A DNA stretch of 32,000 bases, from the NCBI RefSeq assembly GCF_043950625.1, contig NZ_CP171007.1. One strand, 5' to 3'. Source of the stretch: Alkanindiges sp. WGS2144 (GTDB lineage Bacteria; Pseudomonadota; Gammaproteobacteria; Pseudomonadales; Moraxellaceae). Positions within the stretch are counted from its first letter, which is position 1; each line of letters starts with the position of its first letter. The translations under genes and the position numbers were made by a program. Below the pieces are notes generated by a model. The model was not told the origin of the DNA, ran no database searches, and saw only the letters and a list, made by a program, of their open reading frames with translations. This document shows positions 18,017 through 27,911 of the stretch, in pieces.

Positions 18017-21000
18017 CTAAGAAAAAGCAGCTTCATCAACTGGTGCATTCGCTGCTATATGACTTTCCATTGTAGGGGTGGATTGATGGGCTGGAGTTGC
18101 AGGTGTTTGGGCTTTTAAGGCTTTGCTTTTGCTTTGGTAATTTATAAAAATTGCCTGCTTGCCCAGAAGTTCACGTAAGGTACGCAGTAACTCATCTTCC
18201 GGGCGTACCTGCCATTGTTCCGGTAACTCTAAAGTACCTTGTGCATAGGCAGACTCAACATGAATATGCACAGGTATCCGCTTGGAAGCTTCATCCTGTA
18301 GCTCGGTAAAAGGCTGGATAAGCCGGGCGAGCTCCACAGCAAAATCTTTTTGCTCTAGCAAGTGCTGTTCTGGTTGCAACACAATGCTTAAGGCTCGTTT
18401 GCTGCGAATTTCATTAAGGCTAAAGGCTTTGTTTAGGCGGCCAAAGGGACGATCAAAGTTTTCCCGTTCAGTCACTTCGCCTTCAATCACCACAATCTGA
18501 TCCACTTTAATCAGCTCTTTGTAGCGTTGCAGGCGCTCAAAGTTGGTATTGACTTCAAGGCGTGCCGTACCGTCATCCAGTGTAATGACAGTGCGGTTTG
18601 GAAAGTTGGCAACATCCAGCACCAGTCCTGCAAAAACGGTCGTGCTGCCACGGCGAGTAGCTGATAGCTGGCTTAAACTACCAGGAATAAAATTTTTAAG
18701 CTCCTGCCGGTACACATCCATAGGGTGACCGGTCAGGTACAATCCCAGGGTATCTTTTTCGCCTTTGAGGCGAACTTCATCACTCCATGGCTTCACCGGT
18801 GGAGCCTGTGGCCGCTGGATCGTGGTTTCCACCTCACCAAACAAGTCCATAATGCCAATTTCACGGTTCTGGCGTGCCTGCTCGGCAGCCTGTACCGCAT
18901 CAGGTAGCTGCTCCATCAGGCTTGAGCGTTCTTCACCAAAACAATCCATGGCACCGGCACGAATCAATGCTTCCAGCGTGCGTTTGTTGGTTTTCTTCAG
19001 GTCGATCCGGTGGCAAAAATCAAACAGGTCTTTGTATTCACCATCCTGTTCCCGCGCAATAATCACGGATTCCATGGCAGCTTCGCCCACGCCCTTGATG
19101 GCACCCAGCCCATAAATAATGGTTTTATCATCGGCTGCACGGAATTTATAATTAGATAAATTGACTGATGGGGGCAATACCTCCAGTCCGTTACTGCGGC
19201 AGTCATCAATTAAAAATACGATGTTGTCGGTATTTTGCATCTCCGAGCTTAAAACGGCTGACATAAATTCTGCCGTGTAATGCGCCTTTAACCAGGCCGT
19301 GTGATAAGCCACCAGTGCATAGGCCGCTGCGTGCGATTTGTTAAATCCATAACCAGCAAATTTTTCAATATAGTCAAAAATTTCATTGGCTTTACGCTCA
19401 TCAATATCACGTTTTGCAGCCCCTTCAATAAAAGTCAGGCGCTGCTTGGCCATTTCTTCAGGTTTTTTCTTGCCCATGGCGCGGCGTAGCAAGTCTGCAC
19501 CACCCAGCGAGTAGCCGGCGCATACCTGTGCCGCCTGCATGACTTGTTCCTGATAGACCATAATGCCGTAGGTGGGCTTGAGTACATTTTCAAGCAGGGG
19601 GTGCAGATACTCAAACTCACCACCATGCATGCGATGAATAAAGTCAGGAATCAGATCCATTGGCCCCGGACGGTACAAGGACACAAAGGCAATAATTTCT
19701 TCAAACTGGCTGGGCTTGGCTTCTTTGAGCATGCGCTTCATGCCGGGGGATTCAAACTGGAATACCGCCGTGGTATTGGCTTTGGCAAACACTTGATAAG
19801 CCAGTTTATCGTCCAGTGGCAGCGTGCTCAGGTTCAGGGCAGATTGCTGTTGCTGTTGACGCCGTACATTAATATTCTTAATGGCGTCTTCAATGACTGT
19901 CAGGTTGCGCAAGCCCAAAAAGTCAAACTTGACCAGACCAATGGCTTCTACGTCATCCTTGTCAAACTGGCTGACGCGCGAGCCTTCTTCATCACAATAG
20001 ACCGCAGAAAAATCGGTAATTTTGTTAGGGGCAATCAGGACGCCACCAGCGTGTTTGCCGACGTTGCGGGTAATGCCTTCCAGCTTGAGCGCCATTTCCC
20101 AGATTTCGCTGGCATCATCATAGTCTGAATTGGCTGGGTTGGTCACCAGATCCTTAAGCTGCGGCTCCATGTCCAGCGCCTGTTTAAGATCAATACCCAG
20201 TGGTTTGGTAGGAATCAGTTTAGACAGGCGATCGGCCAGACCATAGGATTTGCCCTGCACCCGTGCCACATCGCGCAAGGCTGCTTTGGCCGCCATGGTA
20301 CCAAAGGTAATAATCTGTGAGACGGCTTCACGGCCATATTTGCCGGCAACGTAGTCAATCACGCGATCACGGCCAGCAATACAAAAATCCACGTCAAAGT
20401 CGGGCATGGATACCCGTTCGGGATTTAAGAAGCGCTCAAACAGCAGCTCATAACGTAATGGGTCAAGATCAGTAATTTTTAAGCTATAGGCCACCAGCGA
20501 ACCAGCGCCTGAACCACGACCTGGCCCCACTGGTACGCCATTGCCCTTGGCCCATTTGATAAAGTCCATCACAATCAAAAAGTAACCGGGAAAGCCCATA
20601 TCCAGAATGGTTTTGATCTCAAATTCAAGCCGGTCAACATATTGCTGTTTTATATTTGGCCAGTTATCCGGCTGTCTTTCATCACAGGCAGGGGGATAAA
20701 GCAGTTGTAAGCGTTCTTCCAGACCAAGCTGGCATTGTTCGGCAAAAAAACTTTCAATGGTATGTTCAGCCGGAATAGGGAAGTTAGGCAGGTAGTTTTT
20801 ACCCAGCGTTAGGCTAACGGTACAGCGCCTGGCAATTTCGACGGTATTTTCAATCACACTCGGCAAGTCAGAAAACAGGCTTTGCATTTCTGCCTGGGTT
20901 TTAAAATACTGTGCATCAGAATAATCACGTGGACGGCGCTCATCACCCAGTACATAGCCCGAAGCAATACATACACGGGCTTCGTGTGCCTCAAAATCGC

Positions 21001-21595
21001 TGCTGCGCATGAAGCGCACATCATTATGTGCAACCACACCAATCTGGTATTTTTCAGCCAGTTGCAGGGCAAGTTCAATAAACTCATCTTCCCCCGGACG
21101 ATTGGTACGGCTAATAGCCAAATAAACCCGGTCGGCAAACTGGCTAATCCACTCTTCCAGTAAGTCTTCGGCTTTTGAGGGGCTGCTGCTGCGTAAGGCC
21201 TGACCCACATCGCTGTGCATTCCCAGCAGCGCAATCAGGTTATTATTTTTTTTAAATATCCAGTCGCGTTCAATACAGGGAATACCCAGAGTTAAGCCAT
21301 CGGTAAAACCCATGGATACAATTTCGGTCAGGTTGCGCCAGCCATCGTTATTCATAGCCAGTAGAGTAGCGCGTCCCTTTTCATCACACAGGCGGATTTC
21401 ACTGCCTAAGATAGGCTTAATTCCTTTGCCCAAGCAGGCGTTATAAAATTTGACTGCTGCATACAGGTTGGACAGGTCAGTCAAGGCCAGCGCAGGCATC
21501 TGGTCGCTGGCGGCTGCTTTAATCAAGTCAGGAATACGTACAATTGAATCAACAATTGAAAATTCGCTGTGTAGACCTAAATGAATAAAGCTCAT
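18017..21595 (-). CDS. dnaE: DNA polymerase III alpha subunit
   Basis: 1192 aa. It has an N-terminal PHP domain (FIHLGLHSEFSIVDS), the polymerase core (GPGRGSGAGSLVAY, PDFDVDF, FNKSHAAAYA), an HhH region and an OB fold. It is full length. Confidence 0.98.
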   Translation of the reverse strand: MSFIHLGLHSEFSIVDSIVRIPDLIKAAASDQMPALALTDLSNLYAAVKFYNACLGKGIKPILGSEIRLCDEKGRATLLAMNNDGWRNLTEIVSMGFTDGLTLGIPCIERDWIFKKNNNLIALLGMHSDVGQALRSSSPSKAEDLLEEWISQFADRVYLAISRTNRPGEDEFIELALQLAEKYQIGVVAHNDVRFMRSSDFEAHEARVCIASGYVLGDERRPRDYSDAQYFKTQAEMQSLFSDLPSVIENTVEIARRCTVSLTLGKNYLPNFPIPAEHTIESFFAEQCQLGLEERLQLLYPPACDERQPDNWPNIKQQYVDRLEFEIKTILDMGFPGYFLIVMDFIKWAKGNGVPVGPGRGSGAGSLVAYSLKITDLDPLRYELLFERFLNPERVSMPDFDVDFCIAGRDRVIDYVAGKYGREAVSQIITFGTMAAKAALRDVARVQGKSYGLADRLSKLIPTKPLGIDLKQALDMEPQLKDLVTNPANSDYDDASEIWEMALKLEGITRNVGKHAGGVLIAPNKITDFSAVYCDEEGSRVSQFDKDDVEAIGLVKFDFLGLRNLTVIEDAIKNINVRRQQQQQSALNLSTLPLDDKLAYQVFAKANTTAVFQFESPGMKRMLKEAKPSQFEEIIAFVSLYRPGPMDLIPDFIHRMHGGEFEYLHPLLENVLKPTYGIMVYQEQVMQAAQVCAGYSLGGADLLRRAMGKKKPEEMAKQRLTFIEGAAKRDIDERKANEIFDYIEKFAGYGFNKSHAAAYALVAYHTAWLKAHYTAEFMSAVLSSEMQNTDNIVFLIDDCRSNGLEVLPPSVNLSNYKFRAADDKTIIYGLGAIKGVGEAAMESVIIAREQDGEYKDLFDFCHRIDLKKTNKRTLEALIRAGAMDCFGEERSSLMEQLPDAVQAAEQARQNREIGIMDLFGEVETTIQRPQAPPVKPWSDEVRLKGEKDTLGLYLTGHPMDVYRQELKNFIPGSLSQLSATRRGSTTVFAGLVLDVANFPNRTVITLDDGTARLEVNTNFERLQRYKELIKVDQIVVIEGEVTERENFDRPFGRLNKAFSLNEIRSKRALSIVLQPEQHLLEQKDFAVELARLIQPFTELQDEASKRIPVHIHVESAYAQGTLELPEQWQVRPEDELLRTLRELLGKQAIFINYQSKSKALKAQTPATPAHQSTPTMESHIAANAPVDEAAFS

Positions 21596-21660
21596 GGTTG
21601 CCTCCTGGTGAAGGCAAGCATCATAACATGCTGACTTTGGGATTTTTAGCGTTTAAATAC

Positions 21661-22884
21661 TTAATCTGAACGCTGATCCAGCCAGTCAGCAATAAGCGGC
21701 CATATCTCGGTAGGGGCTTTTTTACCCGACACAATGCCCATATGACCACCAGGAATATAGCTAAACTGCTTATCCTGGCTACTGACCAGATCAAGTACCG
21801 GCTCTACTGCATCGGCTGTAACAAAATTATCGCTTTTGCTACCCATAGCCAGCAGGGCACTGTCCACTTCCTTCAGGTAGGCGGTCTGGTCTTTAAATTG
21901 CATCTGGCCTTGTGATAATTCATTGTCGATCCAGAAGCGCAGCACCAGATCACGTGCTACTCCGCCGGGATAGGCCAGCATGTTGTCCAGAAAAGCGCTA
22001 GACGTTGCGTGATTGGCTACTTCCTCACGATCCAGCAGGTTTTTGACTAAATCCCAATATCCCCGCAAGCTGCCTATAGGATCGGTAAGCTTAAAGCCCA
22101 GTGTGGTTTGCCAGCCCGCAATATGAAAATACTGGCTGGGTAACTGGCGCAAGCGGAATGGGGTGTTTTGCCGTACCCACTGCGCCCGCCGGTTTAAAAA
22201 CTGATACACCTTGCCCATATAGCCGGATTTATGGGTGTCTATAGGGGAGCCTTGCAGGATAATGTTGCGAATTTTCTTGTCCTGATATAAGGCGGTATAG
22301 GTAAGGGCAAAAACCCCGCCAAGGCTCCAGCCGTGCAGGCTCAATTCATCCTGTCCACTATGCTGGCGTACCTGCTGTAAAAACTCTGGTAACAACTTTT
22401 GAATATAGGTGCCCAGATGATATTTGGCATGCTTGCGGCTGGGTTTGCCCCAGTCAATCAGATAGACCTCAAAGCCATGCTGTAGCAGGAAGCGGATAAA
22501 GCTGCGCTGTGGGAACAAATCATAAATGAGCATGTTGACTGCCAGCGGTGGCACAATCACCACCGGAACACGATGTTTTTTAATAATCAGGGGCGCACTT
22601 TCAGCTTGCAGGCTTTGAACGGAGTAATGGCGCAGGCTCACCAGCTCATTTTCATAAACAACAGAAAAAGGGGTTTTGCCAGCCAGACTTAAAGACTGGG
22701 CATTAAAAAAGCGGTCATTGGCATTTTTTAATGCAAAATAAGGGTACTTGTTTAGCTGTGGCAAAGTGCGTTTAAGCTTGATGCTGGTTTTAGCTCCGGC
22801 TTTGGGGCGCAGACGGATATTGGCGTTATCGGCATTGGCTTTAGAGGTGGCGCGAGAAGGCGCTGTTTGCATTTTACTCATCAT
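21661..22884 (-). CDS. Alpha/beta-fold hydrolase, class-III-PhaC-like, with Ser nucleophile
   Basis: 407 aa. VPVVIVPPLAVNMLIYDL...GFEVYLIDWG...LSLHGWSLGG resembles class III PHA synthase PhaC (LIDWG plus nucleophile elbow). The elbow here is G-W-S-L-G, with the Ser codon at 22326-22324. Confidence 0.7.
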   Translation of the reverse strand: MMSKMQTAPSRATSKANADNANIRLRPKAGAKTSIKLKRTLPQLNKYPYFALKNANDRFFNAQSLSLAGKTPFSVVYENELVSLRHYSVQSLQAESAPLIIKKHRVPVVIVPPLAVNMLIYDLFPQRSFIRFLLQHGFEVYLIDWGKPSRKHAKYHLGTYIQKLLPEFLQQVRQHSGQDELSLHGWSLGGVFALTYTALYQDKKIRNIILQGSPIDTHKSGYMGKVYQFLNRRAQWVRQNTPFRLRQLPSQYFHIAGWQTTLGFKLTDPIGSLRGYWDLVKNLLDREEVANHATSSAFLDNMLAYPGGVARDLVLRFWIDNELSQGQMQFKDQTAYLKEVDSALLAMGSKSDNFVTADAVEPVLDLVSSQDKQFSYIPGGHMGIVSGKKAPTEIWPLIADWLDQRSD

Positions 22885-22950
22885 TATTAAACTGGCTGAC
22901 TAAAAACTGGCAGCATATTACCCATTTTTTGTCAGCCAGCAATTGGCCAA

Positions 22951-24384
22951 TTAACGTAAAGTTGCCAAATAACGGTCAAGACGCTTGATGGCCTCGCGCA
23001 GTTCACCTTCGGCTGGTAAAAACACCACACGAAAATGATCAGGTGTTGGCCAGTTAAAACCGCTACCTTGTACTAAAAGCACTTTTTCAGCTCTCAAGAA
23101 GTCCAGCATAAAGGCTTCGTCATCTTCAATGGGGTAAACCTTGGGGTCAAGGCGTGGAAAGCAGTACAGTGCGCCTTCTGGTTTAACACATGACACGCCA
23201 GGAATTTCATTGAGCATTTGCCAGGCAATATTGCGCTGCTCATACAGGCGGCCGCCCGGTTTGATCAGATCATTAATGGTTTGGTAGCCGCCCAGAGCCG
23301 TTTGAATGGCAAACTGAGCCTGTACGTTGGCACACAGGCGCATTGAAGCCAGCATGTCCAGACCTTCAATATAGTCTTTTGCACGGGATTTATCACCGGA
23401 TACCATCAACCAGCCGGAGCGAAAACCAGCAATCCGGTAGGATTTGGATAATCCGTTAAAGGTCAGGCATAAAATATCGGTAGCCAGGGTACATAGTGGA
23501 ATGTGTTCAATGCCGTCATAAACAATTTTGTCATAAATTTCATCAGCAAAAAGAATCAGGTCATGCTTGCGTGCCAGATCAACAATTTGCTCCAGAATAT
23601 GCTTTGGATAAACCGCACCGGTCGGGTTGTTGGGGTTAATTACTACAATGCCGCGGGTATTTGCTGTTATTTTGCTTTCCATGTCAGCAATATCAGGATA
23701 CCAGCCGTTTTCTTCATCGCATCGATAATGAATAGCCTGACCACCGGATAAATTGACCGCAGCAGTCCACAATGGATAATCCGGCATCGGAACCAGCATC
23801 TCATCGCCATTGTCCAGCAGGCCTTGCATGGCCATCACAATCAGCTCGGATACCCCATTACCAATATAGATATCATTGACATCAACATTAAACAGGCCTT
23901 TTTGCTGATAATACTGAAACACTGCCTTACGCGCCGGAAAAATCCCTTTGGAATCCGAATATCCGATGGCATTTGGCAAATTTATCGCCACATCATTAAT
24001 AATTTCCTGCGGTGCTTCAAAGCCAAACGGGGCAGGGTTACCAATGTTAAGCTTAATAATTTTATGCCCTTGTTCTTCCATTTCCATGGCCGCTCGCAGT
24101 ACCGGGCCACGAATGTCATAGCAGACATTATCCAGTTTGCTGGATTTGCGAATAGCACGACGGTTACTTGGATGTAAAGAAGGGGTAGACATGGCGGGCT
24201 TCACTTGTTGGTTTTTGCTGGTGTAGCGATATAGGTAACTCTTAAAGGTTTTAACAGTGATCAGGTCAAGCTGGTGCTGCTGCTTGAGTAGTTCAACAAT
24301 TTTTTCATGGGTATAGCCTTCGTCCTGATACTGTTTGATGACAGGCAGAAGATTTTTAAAAATAACGCTCTTTTTTTGCGACAT
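22951..24384 (-). CDS. alaA: AlaA-type PLP-dependent aminotransferase (glutamate-pyruvate aminotransferase family) with N-terminal extension
   Basis: From SSKLDNVCYDIRGPV to the C-terminus it is collinear with E. coli AlaA/YfbQ. Matches include KLNIGNPAPFGF, INPNNPTGAVY, NGLSKSYRIAGFR and RLCANV. I set the start at ATG 24384, with a GAGGA SD 8-9 nt upstream. ATG 24192 would give an AlaA-length protein. Confidence 0.85.
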   Translation of the reverse strand: MSQKKSVIFKNLLPVIKQYQDEGYTHEKIVELLKQQHQLDLITVKTFKSYLYRYTSKNQQVKPAMSTPSLHPSNRRAIRKSSKLDNVCYDIRGPVLRAAMEMEEQGHKIIKLNIGNPAPFGFEAPQEIINDVAINLPNAIGYSDSKGIFPARKAVFQYYQQKGLFNVDVNDIYIGNGVSELIVMAMQGLLDNGDEMLVPMPDYPLWTAAVNLSGGQAIHYRCDEENGWYPDIADMESKITANTRGIVVINPNNPTGAVYPKHILEQIVDLARKHDLILFADEIYDKIVYDGIEHIPLCTLATDILCLTFNGLSKSYRIAGFRSGWLMVSGDKSRAKDYIEGLDMLASMRLCANVQAQFAIQTALGGYQTINDLIKPGGRLYEQRNIAWQMLNEIPGVSCVKPEGALYCFPRLDPKVYPIEDDEAFMLDFLRAEKVLLVQGSGFNWPTPDHFRVVFLPAEGELREAIKRLDRYLATLR

Positions 24385-24681
24385 TTTTAAGTCCTCAATG
24401 CTTTCAGCGCCAAGCTTAAAGCGCAACCTATCCGTGGTCAAGCTAAATTTGCTTACTATTTGCTATATATTGAATGATTTAAAGGTTGATAAGCTTTTTT
24501 ATAGAAAATTAAAGTTTCTGTTACGATAAATAATTTTTAAAGTCAACAATTGCTTACCTTTTGCTTTCTATTTCTGTGGCGGCGTTCTGAAGTTTGCACA
24601 ATGTTCACACAGGGCTAATGGATTTTTGCGGATAACGCAGGTAAAACCTGAAATGAAACTAGTCTGCACAGGAATAGCACC

Positions 24682-25101
24682 ATGCCTAATGTTCATAAGA
24701 CCGATATGGAGTGGAAACGCCAGCTGAGTGCTGAGGAATATCGCATTACCCGGCAAAAAGGAACTGAAGCACCGTTTACAGGTATTTACTGGGATACCAA
24801 TGCCAGTGGTATTTATCGCTGTAAATGCTGTGATGTGCCGTTATTTGAGTCAGATACCAAGTTTGATGCCGGATGTGGCTGGCCAAGTTTTTATAAAGCC
24901 ATAGAAGACGGCGTAATTGATGAGCATGTGGATACTTCGCACGGCATGATTCGCACCGAGATCACCTGTCATAATTGTGGGGCACATCTAGGTCATGTTT
25001 TTGAAGATGGCCCGGCTCCCACTGGATTGCGTTATTGTGTAAACTCAGCGTCTCTAAACCTGGAAACTGATAATTATCAACGCGAGGATAACCTGCCATG
25101 A
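24682..25101 (+). CDS. msrB: Peptide-methionine (R)-S-oxide reductase
   Basis: 139 aa. It has the two zinc CxxC pairs (CKCCD, CHNCG), [17 protein letters not shown] and the catalytic RYCVNS. Confidence 0.95.
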   Translation: MPNVHKTDMEWKRQLSAEEYRITRQKGTEAPFTGIYWDTNASGIYRCKCCDVPLFESDTKFDAGCGWPSFYKAIEDGVIDEHVDTSHGMIRTEITCHNCGAHLGHVFEDGPAPTGLRYCVNSASLNLETDNYQREDNLP

Positions 25102-25583
25102 CAACAATTTATGATTTTTCGGCTGAGAAGCTGGAAGGGGGCAATCAGGCACTTAGTGACTACACGGGTAAGGTAGTATTGATAGTAAATACTGCCAGCA
25201 AGTGTGGTTTTACACCGCAGTTTGAGGGCCTGGAAAAAATATTTGAGCAATATAAGGATAAAGGATTTGTGGTACTGGGTTTTCCGTGTAACCAGTTTGG
25301 CAGTCAGGATCCGGGCAGTAATCATGAAATTGGTGAATTTTGCCAGCGTAACTATGGCGTAAGCTTTCCCATGTTTGCCAAAATTGATGTCAATGGCAAT
25401 GAGGCTCACCCGTTATACAAATATTTAACCAAAGAGGCAAAAGGCGTGCTGGGTACTGAAGCCATTAAGTGGAATTTTACCAAGTTTTTAATTGGCCGTG
25501 ATGGTAATGTCATTGACCGCTATGCGCCGACCACCAAGCCGCAGGATATGGCCAGAGATATTGAAAAAGCATTGGCACAATAA
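25098..25583 (+). CDS. Glutathione peroxidase family protein (Cys-type, BtuE-like)
   Basis: 161 aa with [11 protein letters not shown] (catalytic Cys), FPCNQFG and WNFTKFL. It shares an ATGA start/stop overlap with msrB and has a GAGGA SD. Confidence 0.9.
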   Translation: MTTIYDFSAEKLEGGNQALSDYTGKVVLIVNTASKCGFTPQFEGLEKIFEQYKDKGFVVLGFPCNQFGSQDPGSNHEIGEFCQRNYGVSFPMFAKIDVNGNEAHPLYKYLTKEAKGVLGTEAIKWNFTKFLIGRDGNVIDRYAPTTKPQDMARDIEKALAQ

Positions 25584-25603
25584 GACATTGGCTTGAGTTT
25601 CAT

Positions 25604-25644
25604 ACAGCGAATTGGCGTTTTGCAATCAGCGTCCAATTCGCTGT
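25604..25644. terminator. Hairpin terminator between convergent gpx and the ABC-2 permease gene
   Basis: A perfect 12-bp stem, ACAGCGAATTGG (25604-25615) with CCAATTCGCTGT (25633-25644). A short T-rich stretch follows on the plus strand. Confidence 0.65.
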
Positions 25645-25670
25645 TTCGTCTCAGACGCCAGGGTTTTTGG

Positions 25671-26777
25671 TTAATGGTTTTTATGTTCAGGATGTATATG
25701 GCTCAAGCGCTTATAGGCCAGGCTGCCAAATAGCAGTGCAAGCATTGTCAGTATCAGCAAATTAATGGAAATATCAGTGAGTGATGCACCCATTTGGTTT
25801 AATTGAATAAACTGGCGTACACCCGCAGTTGAAGGAATAAGCCAGGCAAGAGCAGCCATCCACTTGGGCATAGCTTCCAGTGGCCAGGAAGCACCGGTTA
25901 AAAAGAAAAACGGCACGGAAGTAAAGATAAGTACTTGCGCCGCCCGTTCAGGGCGATCAAACAGGCTACCCAGCCACAGGCTAAGGCTGACCACCGCCAG
26001 CACAAAAACAGGTGTAGCAATGAACAGTGCGGGCAGGCTGGCATCGCGCGGGTAGTCCTGATACCAGTATACGAAGCCAAAATAGTACAGGCAGCTCAAA
26101 ATACCAATAAAGCTACAGGCCAGCGTAATTCCTGTAAGATTTTTGATATTAAACACAAAGCCAGCCTGTTTTAAAAAAACAATAAGAAAACTGACGCCTA
26201 ACAACAGGGTTTGCTGCACAATCAGGGCAGCCACCGCAGGAAAGATATAACTGCCGTAACCTCCCATTGGGTTATATAAAGGATATTCATACAAGTTAAC
26301 TGTAGGTTCAAGGCGGGTTGCCTGTAACACAGGGGATAGTTGCTCAGCAATTGTGGCCTTGATGACATCAGCCAGGCCGGTACCAATTTCCCGTGTACGA
26401 ATCAGGTAGGCACTGCTTAAGTATAAAGCCAGTCCGCTATGTTCACCGCGCAGGATGCTGGCTTCCAGACGAGGTGGAATTAAAAAAATGGCATCGGCTT
26501 GTTGACGTTTTAACAATGCTTCAGCTTCTGCAAAATTACTGGTTTGATGAATAACCTGCACTGAGCGCAATACATTGATTTTACCAACCATGGTACGGCT
26601 CAATGCTGTTTGATCCTGATCAACGACCACAATAGGCAACTGGCTGGCCACCTGACTTTGATAGGCTGCTGGATAAAAAAAGCCATACAATAACACTGCC
26701 AGTATCAGCGTACTCACGATAGGGCGTGTGGTTAAAATGGTTCTTAAGGTAAATACAAAAGCCTGAACAATAGTCAT
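25671..26777 (-). CDS. ABC-2 type transporter permease (YbhS/YbhR/YhhJ-like), second copy
   Basis: It has one N-terminal TM, a periplasmic domain of about 150 aa (LPIVVVDQDQT...) and a five- or six-TM C-terminal bundle. I set the start at ATG 26777, an ATGA overlap with the upstream permease. There is no nucleotide-binding motif. Confidence 0.75.
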   Translation of the reverse strand: MTIVQAFVFTLRTILTTRPIVSTLILAVLLYGFFYPAAYQSQVASQLPIVVVDQDQTALSRTMVGKINVLRSVQVIHQTSNFAEAEALLKRQQADAIFLIPPRLEASILRGEHSGLALYLSSAYLIRTREIGTGLADVIKATIAEQLSPVLQATRLEPTVNLYEYPLYNPMGGYGSYIFPAVAALIVQQTLLLGVSFLIVFLKQAGFVFNIKNLTGITLACSFIGILSCLYYFGFVYWYQDYPRDASLPALFIATPVFVLAVVSLSLWLGSLFDRPERAAQVLIFTSVPFFFLTGASWPLEAMPKWMAALAWLIPSTAGVRQFIQLNQMGASLTDISINLLILTMLALLFGSLAYKRLSHIHPEHKNH

Positions 26778-27907
26778 ACTGCTGTACTCGTACGCTGATA
26801 ACGCTTTAACAGCATCAGGCTTGCTGCGCCAAATCCGCCCACAAAACCAAGCAGGATAAAACAGGAAGGTAGCGAGGTAGATAGTGGCGAACCTACAATC
26901 CATTGCTGGGTTTGCACATTGGCATAAGCCGTATAGGGCAGGCTATTGCTCCAGATGCGGGTAAATAGTGGCGCCCCTGAAGTAGGCAGGGTTACGCCTG
27001 CAAAGCTTAGTGAAGAGCCGGCATAAATCGCCACACTGGATAAGCCGGTATTGACGTCCTTAACTGCCAGAACTACCAGACTGGCAAACAGGGCGTAGGC
27101 TGTGAATAACAATATCTGTGCAGCCAGTAGTAGCATCATATTGCCTTGTATTGCCCAGCCGCGAACATGGGTCATCCAGAATGTCCAGATAAAGCACCAT
27201 AGGCTAAAAACCAGTATATAGGGTAGTAGTTTGGCAAATAAGGCTGTTAGCATATCCTGCTGTCCCAGCCAGTCGTGCAGGTTTTTGGACGATAATTCGC
27301 GGCCAATACTGGCAGCCACACAGCAAGCAATGAGCAAATGTAAAATTGCAGTTACGGCAAAAGGTGCCAAAAACAGCTCATAGCTTAGCTGGGGATTATA
27401 TAAAAAGTTAATCTGAACAGTGGGTATGTTCAGCCTAAGCGGAGGGATACCCAACTGATGTATCAGGGTTTGCTGCTGAGAGCGGGTGGCTGCATTGACT
27501 GCACTGTTGATTCCAGCAGATACCGTACTGGCAATGGAAAAAAAAGCTTCGTTAAAGTAACTGCTAACCTGCGGACTGCGGCCATGGGATAAATTAAGCT
27601 GTGCCTGAGCTGGAATATGCACCACGGCCCATGCGTCTAGCTTTTGCAGGTGGGGCTCAGCCAGTTGCATAGAGGGCTCAAAGGAATAAATCTTAAGGCT
27701 GGGTGTGGCCTGCAAATTGCGTATGATCTGGCGACTGTAGCTGGAGTGATCCTGATCGACTACTACAATGGGTAACTGGCGTGGCGTGCCTTGCATCAGC
27801 ATACTGGATAAAAAAATAATCACCAGTAGTGGTGCCATAGTGAGCAGGCTTAAATCCCAGTAACTTTTTTTGAGAAACTGTATTTCGCGCCAGAAAATTC
27901 GCCACAC
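26774..27907 (-). CDS. ABC-2 type transporter permease (YbhS/YbhR/YhhJ-like), first copy
   Basis: 377 aa with the same architecture as its neighbour (WREIQFLKKSYWDL, LPIVVVDQDHS, multi-TM C-terminus). The GTG start lies 4 nt after the adaptor stop. No Walker motifs. Confidence 0.75.
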   Translation of the reverse strand: MWRIFWREIQFLKKSYWDLSLLTMAPLLVIIFLSSMLMQGTPRQLPIVVVDQDHSSYSRQIIRNLQATPSLKIYSFEPSMQLAEPHLQKLDAWAVVHIPAQAQLNLSHGRSPQVSSYFNEAFFSIASTVSAGINSAVNAATRSQQQTLIHQLGIPPLRLNIPTVQINFLYNPQLSYELFLAPFAVTAILHLLIACCVAASIGRELSSKNLHDWLGQQDMLTALFAKLLPYILVFSLWCFIWTFWMTHVRGWAIQGNMMLLLAAQILLFTAYALFASLVVLAVKDVNTGLSSVAIYAGSSLSFAGVTLPTSGAPLFTRIWSNSLPYTAYANVQTQQWIVGSPLSTSLPSCFILLGFVGGFGAASLMLLKRYQRTSTAV

Positions 27908-27911
27908 TGTA

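Noticed and set aside
19544-20128. A 194-aa plus-strand ORF antisense to dnaE, plus smaller ones at 18282-19115 and 20882-21163
   Set aside because: It is embedded in the conserved polymerase core of dnaE. It has no motif and no RBS, and its composition mirrors the dnaE codons. I treat it as non-coding.
24568-24756. A 62-aa minus-strand ORF spanning the msrB start
   Set aside because: It overlaps the msrB RBS and 5' coding region on the opposite strand and has no SD or motif. It is likely spurious.
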